Source: Anaeramoeba ignava BMAN (lineage: Eukaryota; Protista; Anaeramoebae). From it: a stretch of 64,000 nucleotides of DNA. The DNA lies in assembly GCA_028826165.1 (NCBI GenBank), contig JAPDFW010000074.1, positions 310,001 through 374,000 of the forward strand, in the 5' to 3' direction. This document shows, piece after piece, positions 1 to 10,840 of this stretch. The translations under genes were made by a program, and so were the position numbers. The number at the start of each line of letters is the position of its first letter. The first letter of the stretch is position 1. The notes under the pieces were generated by a model that was not told the origin of the DNA, did not search any database, and saw nothing but the letters and a program-made list of their open reading frames with translations.

Positions 1-1768
1 CACCAAATAATAATGAAATTGATGATTCAACAATTTCTCCTTTATCATCTCCTTCACATTCTTGTGTTCTACATCCACAAATTGAAATATTATAATCATT
101 TTCAGATTCTAAATTATTCAAAAAATAATCAAGTGAAGAATTATCAACTGAAATGAAAGATATTAAATCAGGTTGAGATTGAATGAAATAAGAAAGATTA
201 TAATGATTAAGATGAGCAATTCCTTCATTGATTTGAACATTTGGATAATCCCAAGTAACATTAATTGAATTATTTGAAGGATTTGATAATTGAAAATCTT
301 TTACAGAATCAATTTTTGTTGTTAAATTAATGAAAGAAGAAGATTCACCACATTTCATTGTTACATTATCACAAGCTTTGATTTGAATTGAATAATATTC
401 ATTTCCAGTAATATTATCATAAATTGAAGAATTAAATTGTTGATAATAAACATTTCCATCTTCAAGAATTGGAGAATCAATATCAATCCAATCATATCCA
501 TAATTAATTTGATATTTCAGAGTTGAAGGAAATTCAATTTTATCCCAATAACAATCAAATAATGAAAACAAAGATGAACAATTAAGAATATTAACTTGGG
601 GAATGAAACTACCTTCATAAACAAATACTTTATTTGAACCATAAGTTCCAATAACAGTAAAATTTCCATAAATTGAAACAGAATTCCCAAAATTTGTAGC
701 TGATTCACTCAAAAATTTTTCTTGATTCCAAATTGATTCATTATATCTGTAAATATATGCTTTATTTGCATAACGAGCTCCAATAACAATAACATCTTCA
801 TAAATTGAAACAGAATATCCAAAATATGTAGCCGATTGATTCAAAATTTGTTCTTCATTCCAAATTGATTCATTATATCTGTAAATAAATACTTTTTTTG
901 CAGCATAATCTCCAATAACAATAACATCTTTATAAATTGAAACACTCCATCCAAAATATGAAGCTGAAGGTTCATCCAAAACTTGTTCTTCATTCCAAAT
1001 TGATTCATTATATCTGTAAATAAATGCTTTTCTTGCATAATAAGTTCCAATAACAATAACATCTTTATAAATTGAAACAGAATCCCCAAAATATGGAATT
1101 GAAGGTTCACTCAAAACTTGTTCTTCATTCCAAATTGTTCCATTATATCTGTAAATAAATGCTTTTCTTGCATCAGAATAAGTTCCAATAACAATAACAT
1201 CTTTATAAATTGAAACAGAATTCCCAAAAAATGTAATTGAAGGTTCATCCAAAACTTGTTCTTGATTCCAAATTGATCCATTATATCTGTAAATATATGC
1301 TTTACTTGCATAACGAGCTCCAATAACAATAATATCTTCATAAATTGAAACAGACTTCCCAAAATATGAAATTGAAGGTTCATCCAAAATTTGTTCTTGA
1401 TTCCAAATTGATCCATTATATCTGTAAATATATGCTTGATTTGCACCAAAAGCACCAATAACAAGAACATCTTTATAAATTGAAACAGAATCTCCAAAAT
1501 ATCCTGAACCTGAAAATTGATCTAATAAATTCCAAATCCAAGCTTCATCTGGAGTAGAATAATATCTTGTTGTTTCTGTTAATAATCTTGTTGTTTCTAA
1601 TTCTTGAATTATTGTTGAAATTGAATTTTGTTGATCTTGATTTTGATTTTGATTTTGATCTTGATTTTGATTTTGATTTTGATCTTGATTTTGATTTTGA
1701 TTTGATTGAATTAAGAAAATATTAATAATTAAGAAAAAGAAAAAAGAAAAGAAAAGAATTAATTTCAT
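1..1768 (-). CDS. Secreted/surface protein with signal peptide, NQ tract, seven FG-GAP (integrin-alpha-like) propeller repeats and fibronectin type III domains; 3' end beyond window
   Basis: ATG at 1768 (MKLILFFSFFFFLIINIFLIQSNQNQ), same frame at position 1. Seven FGxSVSIY...IVIGA repeats at ~135-nt period (~680-1500). Then FN3-like segments (SINVTWDYP, YSIQIKACD, YNISICGC). Missing from the ORF track because it runs off the edge. Confidence 0.8.
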   Translation of the reverse strand, partial: MKLILFFSFFFFLIINIFLIQSNQNQNQDQNQNQNQDQNQNQNQDQQNSISTIIQELETTRLLTETTRYYSTPDEAWIWNLLDQFSGSGYFGDSVSIYKDVLVIGAFGANQAYIYRYNGSIWNQEQILDEPSISYFGKSVSIYEDIIVIGARYASKAYIYRYNGSIWNQEQVLDEPSITFFGNSVSIYKDVIVIGTYSDARKAFIYRYNGTIWNEEQVLSEPSIPYFGDSVSIYKDVIVIGTYYARKAFIYRYNESIWNEEQVLDEPSASYFGWSVSIYKDVIVIGDYAAKKVFIYRYNESIWNEEQILNQSATYFGYSVSIYEDVIVIGARYANKAYIYRYNESIWNQEKFLSESATNFGNSVSIYGNFTVIGTYGSNKVFVYEGSFIPQVNILNCSSLFSLFDCYWDKIEFPSTLKYQINYGYDWIDIDSPILEDGNVYYQQFNSSIYDNITGNEYYSIQIKACDNVTMKCGESSSFINLTTKIDSVKDFQLSNPSNNSINVTWDYPNVQINEGIAHLNHYNLSYFIQSQPDLISFISVDNSSLDYFLNNLESENDYNISICGCRTQECEGDDKGEIVESSISLLFG

Positions 1769-2290
1769 TTTTGTTTTGTTTTGTTTTGCTATTTTTTATT
1801 TAAATTAAAAATAAATAGAAAATTAATAAAATAAGTTTATTTTTGTGTTTATTTGTGTTTATTTATTAAAAAATATTTTTTTTCTTACTTTTTTGTTTTT
1901 GTTTTTGTTTTTGTTTGAAAGAAAAAAAGAATGAAAGAAGAAGAAAAAAATGATTAATTTTTTATTTAATTAAAAAATTGAGAAAAAAAAATGATTATTT
2001 TTTTAATTAAAAAATTGAATAAATGAATTTAAAATTAAAATTAAAATATAATTTAGGAATAATTTTTTATTATTAATTAATGATAATTTCTATTTAAATT
2101 AATGAAATAAATTTTAATTTAAATTTTTCAAAAAAAAAGAAAAAGAAATTTAATAATAATTTAATAATAATTTAATAATAAAAAGAAAGAGAATTTATTT
2201 CTAATTTAAATCTTAATTAAATCTAAATTAAATCTAAATTAAATCTAAATTAAAAATTTGATTCAAATTTATATCTTTTTCTTTTTGTAA

Positions 2291-3117
2291 ATATAAAAAT
2301 AAGAATAGATTTAATTTAATATTCAATTTATAAATTAATTTAAAAATATAATTTAATATTTAATTTTATGTTTAAAATAATAATTTAATGTTTTAGATTT
2401 AAATATTTTATTATTTAAATATTTAACATAAAAATATAAAAATTAGAATAGATTTAATTTAATATTTAATTTATAAATTAATTTAAAAATATAATTTATT
2501 ATTTAATTTTATGTTTAAAATAATAATTTAATGTTTTAGATTTAAATATTTTATTATTTAAATATTTAACATAAAAATATAAAAATGAAAATAGATTTAA
2601 TTTATATTTAATTTATAAATTAATTTAAAAATATAATTTAATATTTAATTTTATGTTTAAAAATAATTTAATGTTTTAGATTTAAATATTTTATTATTTA
2701 AATATTTAACATAAAAATATAAAAATAAGAATAGATTTAATTTAATATTTAATTTATAAATTAATTTGGAAATATAATTTAATATTTAATTTTATTATTA
2801 AAATATTAATTTATTGTTTTAGATTTAAATATTTTATTATTTAAATATTTAACATAAAAATATAAAAAATGAAAATAAGTTTAATTTAATATTTAATTTA
2901 TAAATTAATTTAAAAATATAATTTAATATTTAATTTTATGTTTAAAATATTAATTTAATGTTTTGAATTTAAATATTTTATTATCTAAATATTTAACATA
3001 AAAATATGAAAAATAAGAATAAGTTTAATTTAATATTTAATTTATAAATTAATTTAAAAATATAATTTAATATTTAATTTTATGTTTAAAATATTAATTT
3101 ATTGTTTTAAATTTAAA
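2291..3117. repeat. Intergenic satellite, ~143-bp unit, ~5.8 copies
   Basis: Unit starting ATATAAAAATAAGAATAGATTTAATTTAATATT recurs at 2291, 2434, 2577, 2717, 2860 and 3004. Confidence 0.9.
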
Positions 3118-3120
3118 TTT

Positions 3121-3156
3121 TTTTTTTCATTTTTTTTCATTTTTTTTCATTTTTTT
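3121..3156 (+). promoter_or_regulatory. Tandem (T)nCAT(T)n initiator-like core promoter motif, 3 copies
   Basis: TTTTTTTCAT x3 just before ATG 3167. The same gene-oriented motif precedes most genes in the window. Confidence 0.6.
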
Positions 3157-3166
3157 CTTTTTCAAA

Positions 3167-4576
3167 ATGGAAACTTATTCAAATTTAGAAAAACTTTCAA
3201 ATGATTTAAAAAATTTATTTCAAAACCAAAATAAAAAAGAGAATGAAGAAGAAAGTTATTTTGATTTTGAAATAATTTGCGAACAAAACCAAACTTCATT
3301 TAAAACTCATAAATCAATTCTTTCTTCAAGAAGTGAATATTTTAAATCTCTTTTCGATTCCAAAATGAAAGAATATCAAGAAAATAAATTAATTCTAAAA
3401 GATATTTCAAGTCCAGTTCTATTTTCAATTTTGAATTATTTTTATTCAGGAAAAATTGAAATTAATTTAGAAAATGCAATTGAAATTTTGTTCTTTTCGT
3501 CAAAATATCTAGTTGGTGAATTAATTGAAATTTCTTCAAATTTCGTTCAAAAGAACTTACGAATTGAAACTATTGTTGATGTTCTTAAATTATCTGAAGC
3601 AATGCACTTCAATCAATTATTGGATTTTTGCTATCAATTTATTTTGAAACACTTCCAAAAAATTCTCACAACACCATTTTTTCTTGAACTTGAAGAAAAT
3701 CATTTAAATTCAATATTATCCAATGATAATATTTCAGTAAATGAGTTTGAACTTTTTCAATCAATAGTGAAATGGGGAAAACATAAATCAGACATCTATC
3801 AAGAAAAAGAACAACTAAAAAACCAAATTTCGAAAGTAATTGATAACATCAGATTTATCAATTTTTCAGGCAATGATATTGAAAACATATTGAAGGAGGA
3901 TTTAATTCCAAATCAAATTTCAGAAAAATTAATTCAATTCCAAAAACTGCAGAATCAAGGAAATCAACAATCATTAAATGAATTCATTCAAAAAGAAAAG
4001 TCGTTAATTTTCAAGTCAAGAATCAGATTTAACTCACTTATTAAAGATCAAGAATATCTTAAGAAATTAAGAGAATGGATAAATGATGATGATTTTTTCT
4101 TCAATATGAAATTGGGATTTTCCGCGCAAATAGATGGATTTGATTGTAGGAGATGGCATGATGTAGTTGATAATAAAGGAAAAACATTAGTTATTATCAA
4201 AACAAAAGATAATTTTATTTTTGGAGGATTTACTCAAGTTGGATGGAGTTCGGGAAAGAAGAGATACATTCCTGACTTAAGCGCGTTTATTTTTTCATTA
4301 AGAAATGATAAAAACAACAGAAACCCTGAGAAATTTCCTGTTCAAAAAGGACTTGAAGAATACGCCATTGCTTATGACTATTCGACAAAAGGCCCAACTT
4401 TTGGAGCAGGAACTGATTTTGGTCTCATTTCAGATTTAAGAACAGGTTATTCCGATTTTGGTTATACTTACAAATTACCTATTGGAATTAAAGAATGGGG
4501 GACAAATGAATCCAAAAGTTATTTAGGAGGTTCTGAGAAATGGATTGTTGATGAAGTTGAGAGTTATTTTATTTAA
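3167..4576 (+). CDS. BTB/POZ-BACK-TLDc domain protein, paralog 1, intronless
   Basis: BTB (DFEIICE...FKTHKSILSSRSEYFKSLF...YFYSGKIEI), BACK (NEFELFQSIVKWG), TLDc (DGFDCRRWHDVVDNKGKTLVIIKTKDNFIFGGFT...GPTFGAG...VDEVESYFI). Confidence 0.9.
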   Translation: METYSNLEKLSNDLKNLFQNQNKKENEEESYFDFEIICEQNQTSFKTHKSILSSRSEYFKSLFDSKMKEYQENKLILKDISSPVLFSILNYFYSGKIEINLENAIEILFFSSKYLVGELIEISSNFVQKNLRIETIVDVLKLSEAMHFNQLLDFCYQFILKHFQKILTTPFFLELEENHLNSILSNDNISVNEFELFQSIVKWGKHKSDIYQEKEQLKNQISKVIDNIRFINFSGNDIENILKEDLIPNQISEKLIQFQKLQNQGNQQSLNEFIQKEKSLIFKSRIRFNSLIKDQEYLKKLREWINDDDFFFNMKLGFSAQIDGFDCRRWHDVVDNKGKTLVIIKTKDNFIFGGFTQVGWSSGKKRYIPDLSAFIFSLRNDKNNRNPEKFPVQKGLEEYAIAYDYSTKGPTFGAGTDFGLISDLRTGYSDFGYTYKLPIGIKEWGTNESKSYLGGSEKWIVDEVESYFI

Positions 4577-4616
4577 ATTTTTTATTTTCATTTTTTTCAT
4601 TTTTTTCTTTTTCAAA

Positions 4617-6035
4617 ATGGAAACTTATTCAAATTTAGAAAAACTTTCAAATGATTTAAAAAATTTATTTCAAAACCAAAATAAAAAAGAGAAAGAAGAA
4701 GAAAGTTATTTTGATTTTGAAATAATTTGCGAACAAAACCAAACTTCATTTAAAACTCATAAATCAATTCTTTCTTCAAGAAGTGAGTATTTTAAATCTC
4801 TTTTCGATTCCAAAATGAAAGAATATCAAGAAAATAAATTAATTCTAAAAGATGTTTCAAGTCCAATTCTATTTTCAATTTTGAATTATTTTTATTCAGG
4901 AAAAATTGAAATTAATTTAGAAAATGCAGTTGAAATTTTAATTTTTTCATCAAAATATTTAATCGATGAATTAATTGAAATTTGTTCAAATTTTGTCAAA
5001 AAGAATTTCCAATTTGAAACTATTGTTGATATTCTTAAATTGTCTGAATCAAGAAACTTAAATCAATTAATAGATCCTTGTTATCAATTTATTTTTGAAA
5101 ATTTGAAAGAATTTATCAAAACTTCATTTTTTCTTGAACTTGAAGAAAATCATTTAAATTCAATTCTATCCAATAATAAAATTCCAATAAATGAATTTGA
5201 ACTTTTTCAATCAATAGTGAAATGGGGAAAGCATAAATCAAATATCAATCAAATTCCAAATATTATTGATAAAATTAGATTTATTGATTTTAAAAAAGAA
5301 GAACTTGAAGAGACTTTGAAAGAAGATTTAATTCCAAATCAAATTTCAGAGAAATTAATTCAATTCCAAAAACTTCAAAATGGAAATGATGAAAAAGAAT
5401 TAGATCAATTTGTTGAAAAAGAAAATTCCTTAATTTTCAAACCAAGAATTCGATTTAAATCAGAAATACTGGAAGAAATTGAGCATCTCCGTAAATTAAA
5501 AGAATGGATAAATGATGATGAATTCTTTTCCAAAATGAAATTAGGATATTCAGGAAAAAGAGATGGATTTAATTGTCAAAATTGGCATTATACTTGTGAT
5601 AATCACGAAAAAACCTTAATTATTATCAAAACAAAAGATAATTTTATTTTTGGAGGATTTACTGAAGTTGGATTTACAAATAGCTCATTTCAATCAATAG
5701 AGAATTGGGGAAATGTGAGTCCTGGATGGATTTGGGATTTATATGCATTTATTTTTTCATTAAGAAACGATAAAAACGATAGAAAACCAGAAAAATTTCC
5801 AATTAAAAAAGAACATTCAGAATATGCACTTTATTATGATTTTTACAGCAAAGGTCCAAATTTTGGAGGTTTTGATTTGACTTTAGAATCTAATTTAAAA
5901 ACTGGTTTTTCCAATTTAGGATACAATTACCAATTACCAAATGGAATTGAATATCATTCAGATGAAGCTCAACATTATTTAGCTGGTTCTTATGATAAAT
6001 GGGAAGTTGATGAACTTGAAACATTTTTCATTTAA
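4617..6035 (+). CDS. BTB/POZ-BACK-TLDc domain protein, paralog 2, tandem duplicate
   Basis: Likely start ATG 4617 (METYSNLEK, same as paralog 1), only 40 nt after the paralog 1 stop. Same domain order. Confidence 0.9.
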   Translation: METYSNLEKLSNDLKNLFQNQNKKEKEEESYFDFEIICEQNQTSFKTHKSILSSRSEYFKSLFDSKMKEYQENKLILKDVSSPILFSILNYFYSGKIEINLENAVEILIFSSKYLIDELIEICSNFVKKNFQFETIVDILKLSESRNLNQLIDPCYQFIFENLKEFIKTSFFLELEENHLNSILSNNKIPINEFELFQSIVKWGKHKSNINQIPNIIDKIRFIDFKKEELEETLKEDLIPNQISEKLIQFQKLQNGNDEKELDQFVEKENSLIFKPRIRFKSEILEEIEHLRKLKEWINDDEFFSKMKLGYSGKRDGFNCQNWHYTCDNHEKTLIIIKTKDNFIFGGFTEVGFTNSSFQSIENWGNVSPGWIWDLYAFIFSLRNDKNDRKPEKFPIKKEHSEYALYYDFYSKGPNFGGFDLTLESNLKTGFSNLGYNYQLPNGIEYHSDEAQHYLAGSYDKWEVDELETFFI

Positions 6036-6133
6036 TTTCTTATTTTTTTCTTTTTCTTTTTATTTTAATTTTAATTTTAATTTTAAGGGAAATAAAAAAA
6101 ATTTGATTGAGAAAAAAAAAATTTGAAATGAGT

Positions 6134-6971
6134 TCATTTCTGATCAATCTCCATTTCGTCTTTCTCTTGGAAATTCTTCTCTAAAAAGGTTTCAAAACCT
6201 TTCAATTTATGAATATCAGTTTGAATTGATTCAAGTCTTTTGAGATCATATTTCAAAGTATCAAATCTTCTTCTTAAATCATCATTTTTCAAATTCAAAC
6301 ATTTAAATCCATTATAAATTACGTTTAGAAAGTTTTGAATTTCTTGAACAAGTTGATATTTTCCATGACTTGCAAAAGTACCAGCAAATCTTGACTAAAA
6401 ATATAAAGAAATCAAAATAAAAAAAAAATTCGTTTTAAAATTTCCTTTTCAAATTTACCAATTCATTTGATAATTGAATTAAACCAAATAAATAATTTTC
6501 AAGATCAATTCCAATTTGAGAAATATCTTCTTTGTTTGAAGGATGAAATAAATTTTTAACTGTTTCTTGTGTGATTAAAGTTTTGTTTTCAAACCAATGA
6601 ATTATTGCAATAAGAAAAACACTTTGTGAACCAGTAGCTTTCCATAAATAATAATATTTATAATATTTTCCTTTTGGAATTAAATCAAATAAAGAGGAAT
6701 ATTTTTGTTGAAGAGTTTCTTGGAATTCTTTTGTTTGATTAAGAATTTCATTCACTTTTTTTTTTTTTTTTATTTTAATTTTTTAATTTTTTGAAATGGA
6801 TTTTTTTTTAATTCATTTTTTACTTTCATTTGGTTTTGAATGAATTTTTTCAAGAAGAAAATCAATTTGAGCATTAATAACTTTAATTTCTTTAACTGAA
6901 TTTATAATTTGTTCATGAGTAGAGTTTTCTTCTTCAAAATTTTCAGTTAATTTTAATAAAACGTCTTCCAT
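6134..6971 (-). CDS. TSN: Translin, 3 exons (6971-6824, 6754-6459, 6394-6134), 234 aa
   Basis: Spliced product contains GIDLENYLFGLIQLSNELSRF and LNLKNDDLRRRFDTLKYDLKRLE, the translin signatures. GT-AG introns 6755-6823 and 6395-6458 keep the frame. Confidence 0.85.
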
Positions 6972-6981
6972 TATTATTATT

Positions 6982-7030
6982 AAAATGAAAAAAAATGAAA
7001 AAAATGAAAAAAAATTTTTTCATTTTTTTT
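6982..7030. promoter_or_regulatory. Bidirectional core promoter with opposed TCATTT-type motifs
   Basis: 93-nt gap between divergent ATGs (6971 and 7065). Three AAAATGAAAA copies face translin and one TTTTTTCATTTTTT faces TTC14. Confidence 0.6.
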
Positions 7031-7064
7031 CTTAAAATTAAAAAATTAAAAAATTTAAAAAAAA

Positions 7065-10000
7065 ATGAATCAAAATTCTAATTCAAATCATTTCAATTTT
7101 TCTTTATTTACTTTACCAGAAAGAAAAAAAGGAAATCAAAATCCTAAACAAGAAATGAAAACAAAGAGAAGAATCAAGAAAGAAACACCACAACCATTTA
7201 AAGGAATTGATATTAGAAATTTTATTCCAAATTTTGAAACAAAAAAAAAACAATTAGAATCACTTGATGATGTAATTTTTGAATTCAAAAATCTTCTTAA
7301 CGAGAAGACAGAAGAAGAAAAAGAGGAAGATAAACCGATCCAGGAGATTGATGACTCGATGTTTTTCTTGAGGCCATTTGAAGATTATTATGCTTTAAAT
7401 TTCGGAATTACTTTAAATCCTCAAATCAGGATTTTTTCAGTAAGTTTTTTTTTTCAACAAAACATGAAATGGAAAAAAAAAAACTGGATTAAACAATGTG
7501 ACGAAAATGATTATAAGCAAGATTTTGAAAAAAGGAATGATTGTTGGAGCTAAAATTATCGAAATTGCTCGTGATTATTTTATTGCAATTTTAAATTGTT
7601 TTTTTGGAAGAAAAAGTGATGAAATCATTCTTTGTGATTTGGAGGAACTGGGAATTAAAACTGTTTGTAAAGCTTGGGAAATCAACGATATTTTGTTTGA
7701 GCAATACCAAAAATTTGGTCAATTTAATCATACGTTTGAAAAGCATTCAAAAAAATATTTACAAGAATTTTTAATTAATGATTTTATTAAAGCAATTGTT
7801 ATTGAAGTTTCTGTTGAAGAAAAAAAGGTTTTATTAAGTTTAAGGAATCGGAATTTATTAGTTTCTTTCCAGAAAAATCATTATTTGGGAAGAATAAGTT
7901 CTCGACATGTTAAATTGTTGAAAAATTCTTCTAATGATTTTCTTAATCAAAATTTTCTTGTTCATTTAAATAATGAACCTGGTTTTAAAAATCCTTCTTT
8001 AAAAAGTTGTGATTCTTCTTTTATTCCAAAAATTAAAAATTTATTATTTATTGAAAATTTCGAAGCTGGAAGATATGAGAATTTAAGATTACAACAAAAT
8101 CGGATTTGGGCGACTGAGACGTATTAAATAATTAAATAATTAAAAAATTTATTAAATATTTAAAAAATTTATTAAATATTTAAAAAATTTATTAAATAAT
8201 TAAATAATTGATTAAATATTTAAATAATTTTATTAAATATTTAAATAATTTTATTAAATATTTGATTAAATAATTGATTAAATAATTGATTAAATATTTT
8301 ATTAAATAATTGATTAAATAATTTATTAAATAATTAAATATTTGATTAAATAATTTATTAAATATTTGATTAAATAATTGATTAAATAATTGATTAAATA
8401 ATTGATTAAAATAATTAAAAATAATTGATTAAATAATTAAATAAATTAAATATTTTGATTAAATAATTTGATTAAATAATTTGATTAAATAATTAAATAA
8501 TTGATTAAATAATTTTTAAATATTAAATATTTGATTAAATAATTAATTAAATAATTAAATTTTTTATTAAATAATTGATTAAATAATTGATTAAAATAAT
8601 TAAATAATTTTTGATAAATAATTAAATAATTTAATTAAATAATTTATTAAATAATTAAAAATAAAATTGATTAAAAATTAAATAATTTATTAAATAATTA
8701 AATTAAATAATTGATTAAATAATTTTATTAAATAATTGATTAAATATTGATTAAATAATTCCATTAAATAATTGATTAAATAATTTATTAAATAATTGAT
8801 TAAATATTTGATTAAATAATTTATTTAAATAATTAAATAAATTAAATAATAATTTAATTAAATAATTTTAATTAAAATAATTAATTAAATAATTGATTAA
8901 ATATTTGATTTATTAAATATTTGATTAAATAATTGATTAAATATTTGATTAAATAATTTGATTAAATAATTAAATAAAATTTGATTAAATAATTGATTAA
9001 ATAATTGATTAAATAATTGACAAAAATAAATTGATTAAATATTTGATTAAATAATTTGATTAAATATATTTGATTTAAATAATTGATTAAATATTTGATT
9101 AAATAATTGATTAAATAATTGATTAAATAATTGATTAAATATTTTATTAAATAATTGATTAAATAATTGATTAAATAATTTTATTAAATATTTGATTAAA
9201 TAATTGATTAAATAATTGATTAAATATTTTTATTTTTTCTTCAAATAATTTAAATTAAATAATTGATTAAAAATTTAAATAAATAATTTTGATTAAATAA
9301 TTTGATTGATTAAAAATAATTTGATTAAATAAATTTATTAAATAATTGATTAAAAATTGATTAAATAATTAATTAAATAATTGATTAAAAATAATTGATT
9401 AAATAATTGATTAAATAATTAAATAATTAATTAAATAATTTATTAAATAATTTATTAAATAATTTATTAAAATAAATTAATTAAATAATTGATTAAATAA
9501 TTGATTTAAATATTTGATTAAATAATTGATTAGATATTTGATTAAATAATTGATTAAATATTTGATTAAATAATTGATTAAATATTTGATTAAATAATTT
9601 ATTAAATATTTGATTAAATAATTTATTAAATATTTGATTAAATATTTTATTAAATAATTAAATAATTTATTAAATAATTTATTAAATAATTAATTAAATA
9701 ATTTATTAAATAATTAATTAAATAATTAATTAAATAATTGATTAAATAATTTATTAAATAATTGATTAAATATTTGATTAAATATTTTATTAAATAAATA
9801 ATTAAATAATTAATTAAAAATAATTTATTAAATAATTGAATAATTGATTAAATAATTGATTAAATATTTGATTAAATATTTGATTAAATAATTTATTAAA
9901 TAATTGATTAAATAATTAAATAATTGATTAAATAATTTATTAAATAATTGATTAAATAATTGATTAAATAATTGATTAAATAATTTATTAAATAATTGAT

Positions 10001-10616
10001 TAAATATTTGATTAAATAATTTATTAAATAATTGATTAAATATTTGATTAAATAATTGATTAAATATTTGATTAAATAATTGATTAAATATTTGATTAAA
10101 TAATTGATTAAATATTTGATTAAATAATTGATTAGATAATTTATTAAATATTTGATTAAATAATTAAATATTTTATTAAATAATTTTAAAAGTGTTTCAC
10201 AAGGAGTTGTTTTAGCAAAAAAAGGAGACATTCAATCTGCATTAAATATGTATCAAAAAGCACTTGATGTTGATCCAGAAAACAGTGATGCACTTGTTGC
10301 TCAAGGAGCAGCTTTTGCTAATCAAAATAAAATGCAAATTGCTATTAATTCTTTTAAAAAAGCACTTGAAATTGATCCAGAACATCAAAATGCAAAAAGA
10401 TATCTTGAAATTACTAGAAAAAGACTTGCTTTACAATTAAATTCTTTAATTCCTCAAAATTATTTTGAAAAAAATCATAAAAAAATTAAAAAAGAAAAAT
10501 CAAAAAAAAAATCAAAAAAAAGAAGAACAAATAAAGAAAAGAAAAAGAAAAAGAAAAAGAAAAAAAAATCTCATAAAAAAAATAAATCTAAAAAGAAATT
10601 AGAAGAACAAAAATGA
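7065..10616 (+). CDS. TTC14: TTC14-like S1-domain plus TPR protein, 3 exons (7065-7439, 7522-8120, 10193-10616)
   Basis: S1-like [15 protein letters not shown]...[20 protein letters not shown]. Spliced [44 protein letters not shown]...HQNAKRYL matches the TTC14 TPR region. K-rich tail. Phases consistent. Confidence 0.8.
8121..10192 (+). repeat. 2072-nt intron made of a ~12-mer array (ATTGATTAAATA and variants)
   Basis: GTATTA...TAAAAG boundaries join in-frame exons. The interior is tandem repeat throughout. Confidence 0.9.
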
Positions 10617-10840
10617 ATTTAAATCTAAAATTAAATTTTGAAAAGAAAATGAAAAGAAAATTAAAAAAGAAAAGGAGAAAGAAATTTAAAAAAGAAAAGG
10701 AGAAAGAAAATCAAAAGATCTTTTATTAAAATTAAAAGTCAAAATGTTGTGTTTTTTATTAAAAAATTAAAAATTAAAAATTAAAAATTAAATTTCATTT
10801 TTTTTATTTTTTTCTTTTTTATTTTTTTTACAAAACACGT

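Noticed and set aside
517-1497. Three short minus-strand ORFs in the track
   Set aside because: Alternative frames of the FG-GAP repeats. The real frame starts at 1768 and runs off the window.
4545-4616. Upstream in-frame extensions of ORF 4545 (and of ORF 36439)
   Set aside because: They are T-rich or A-rich promoter sequence. Paralog comparison places the first start at 4617, and 36487 fits the motif layout better.
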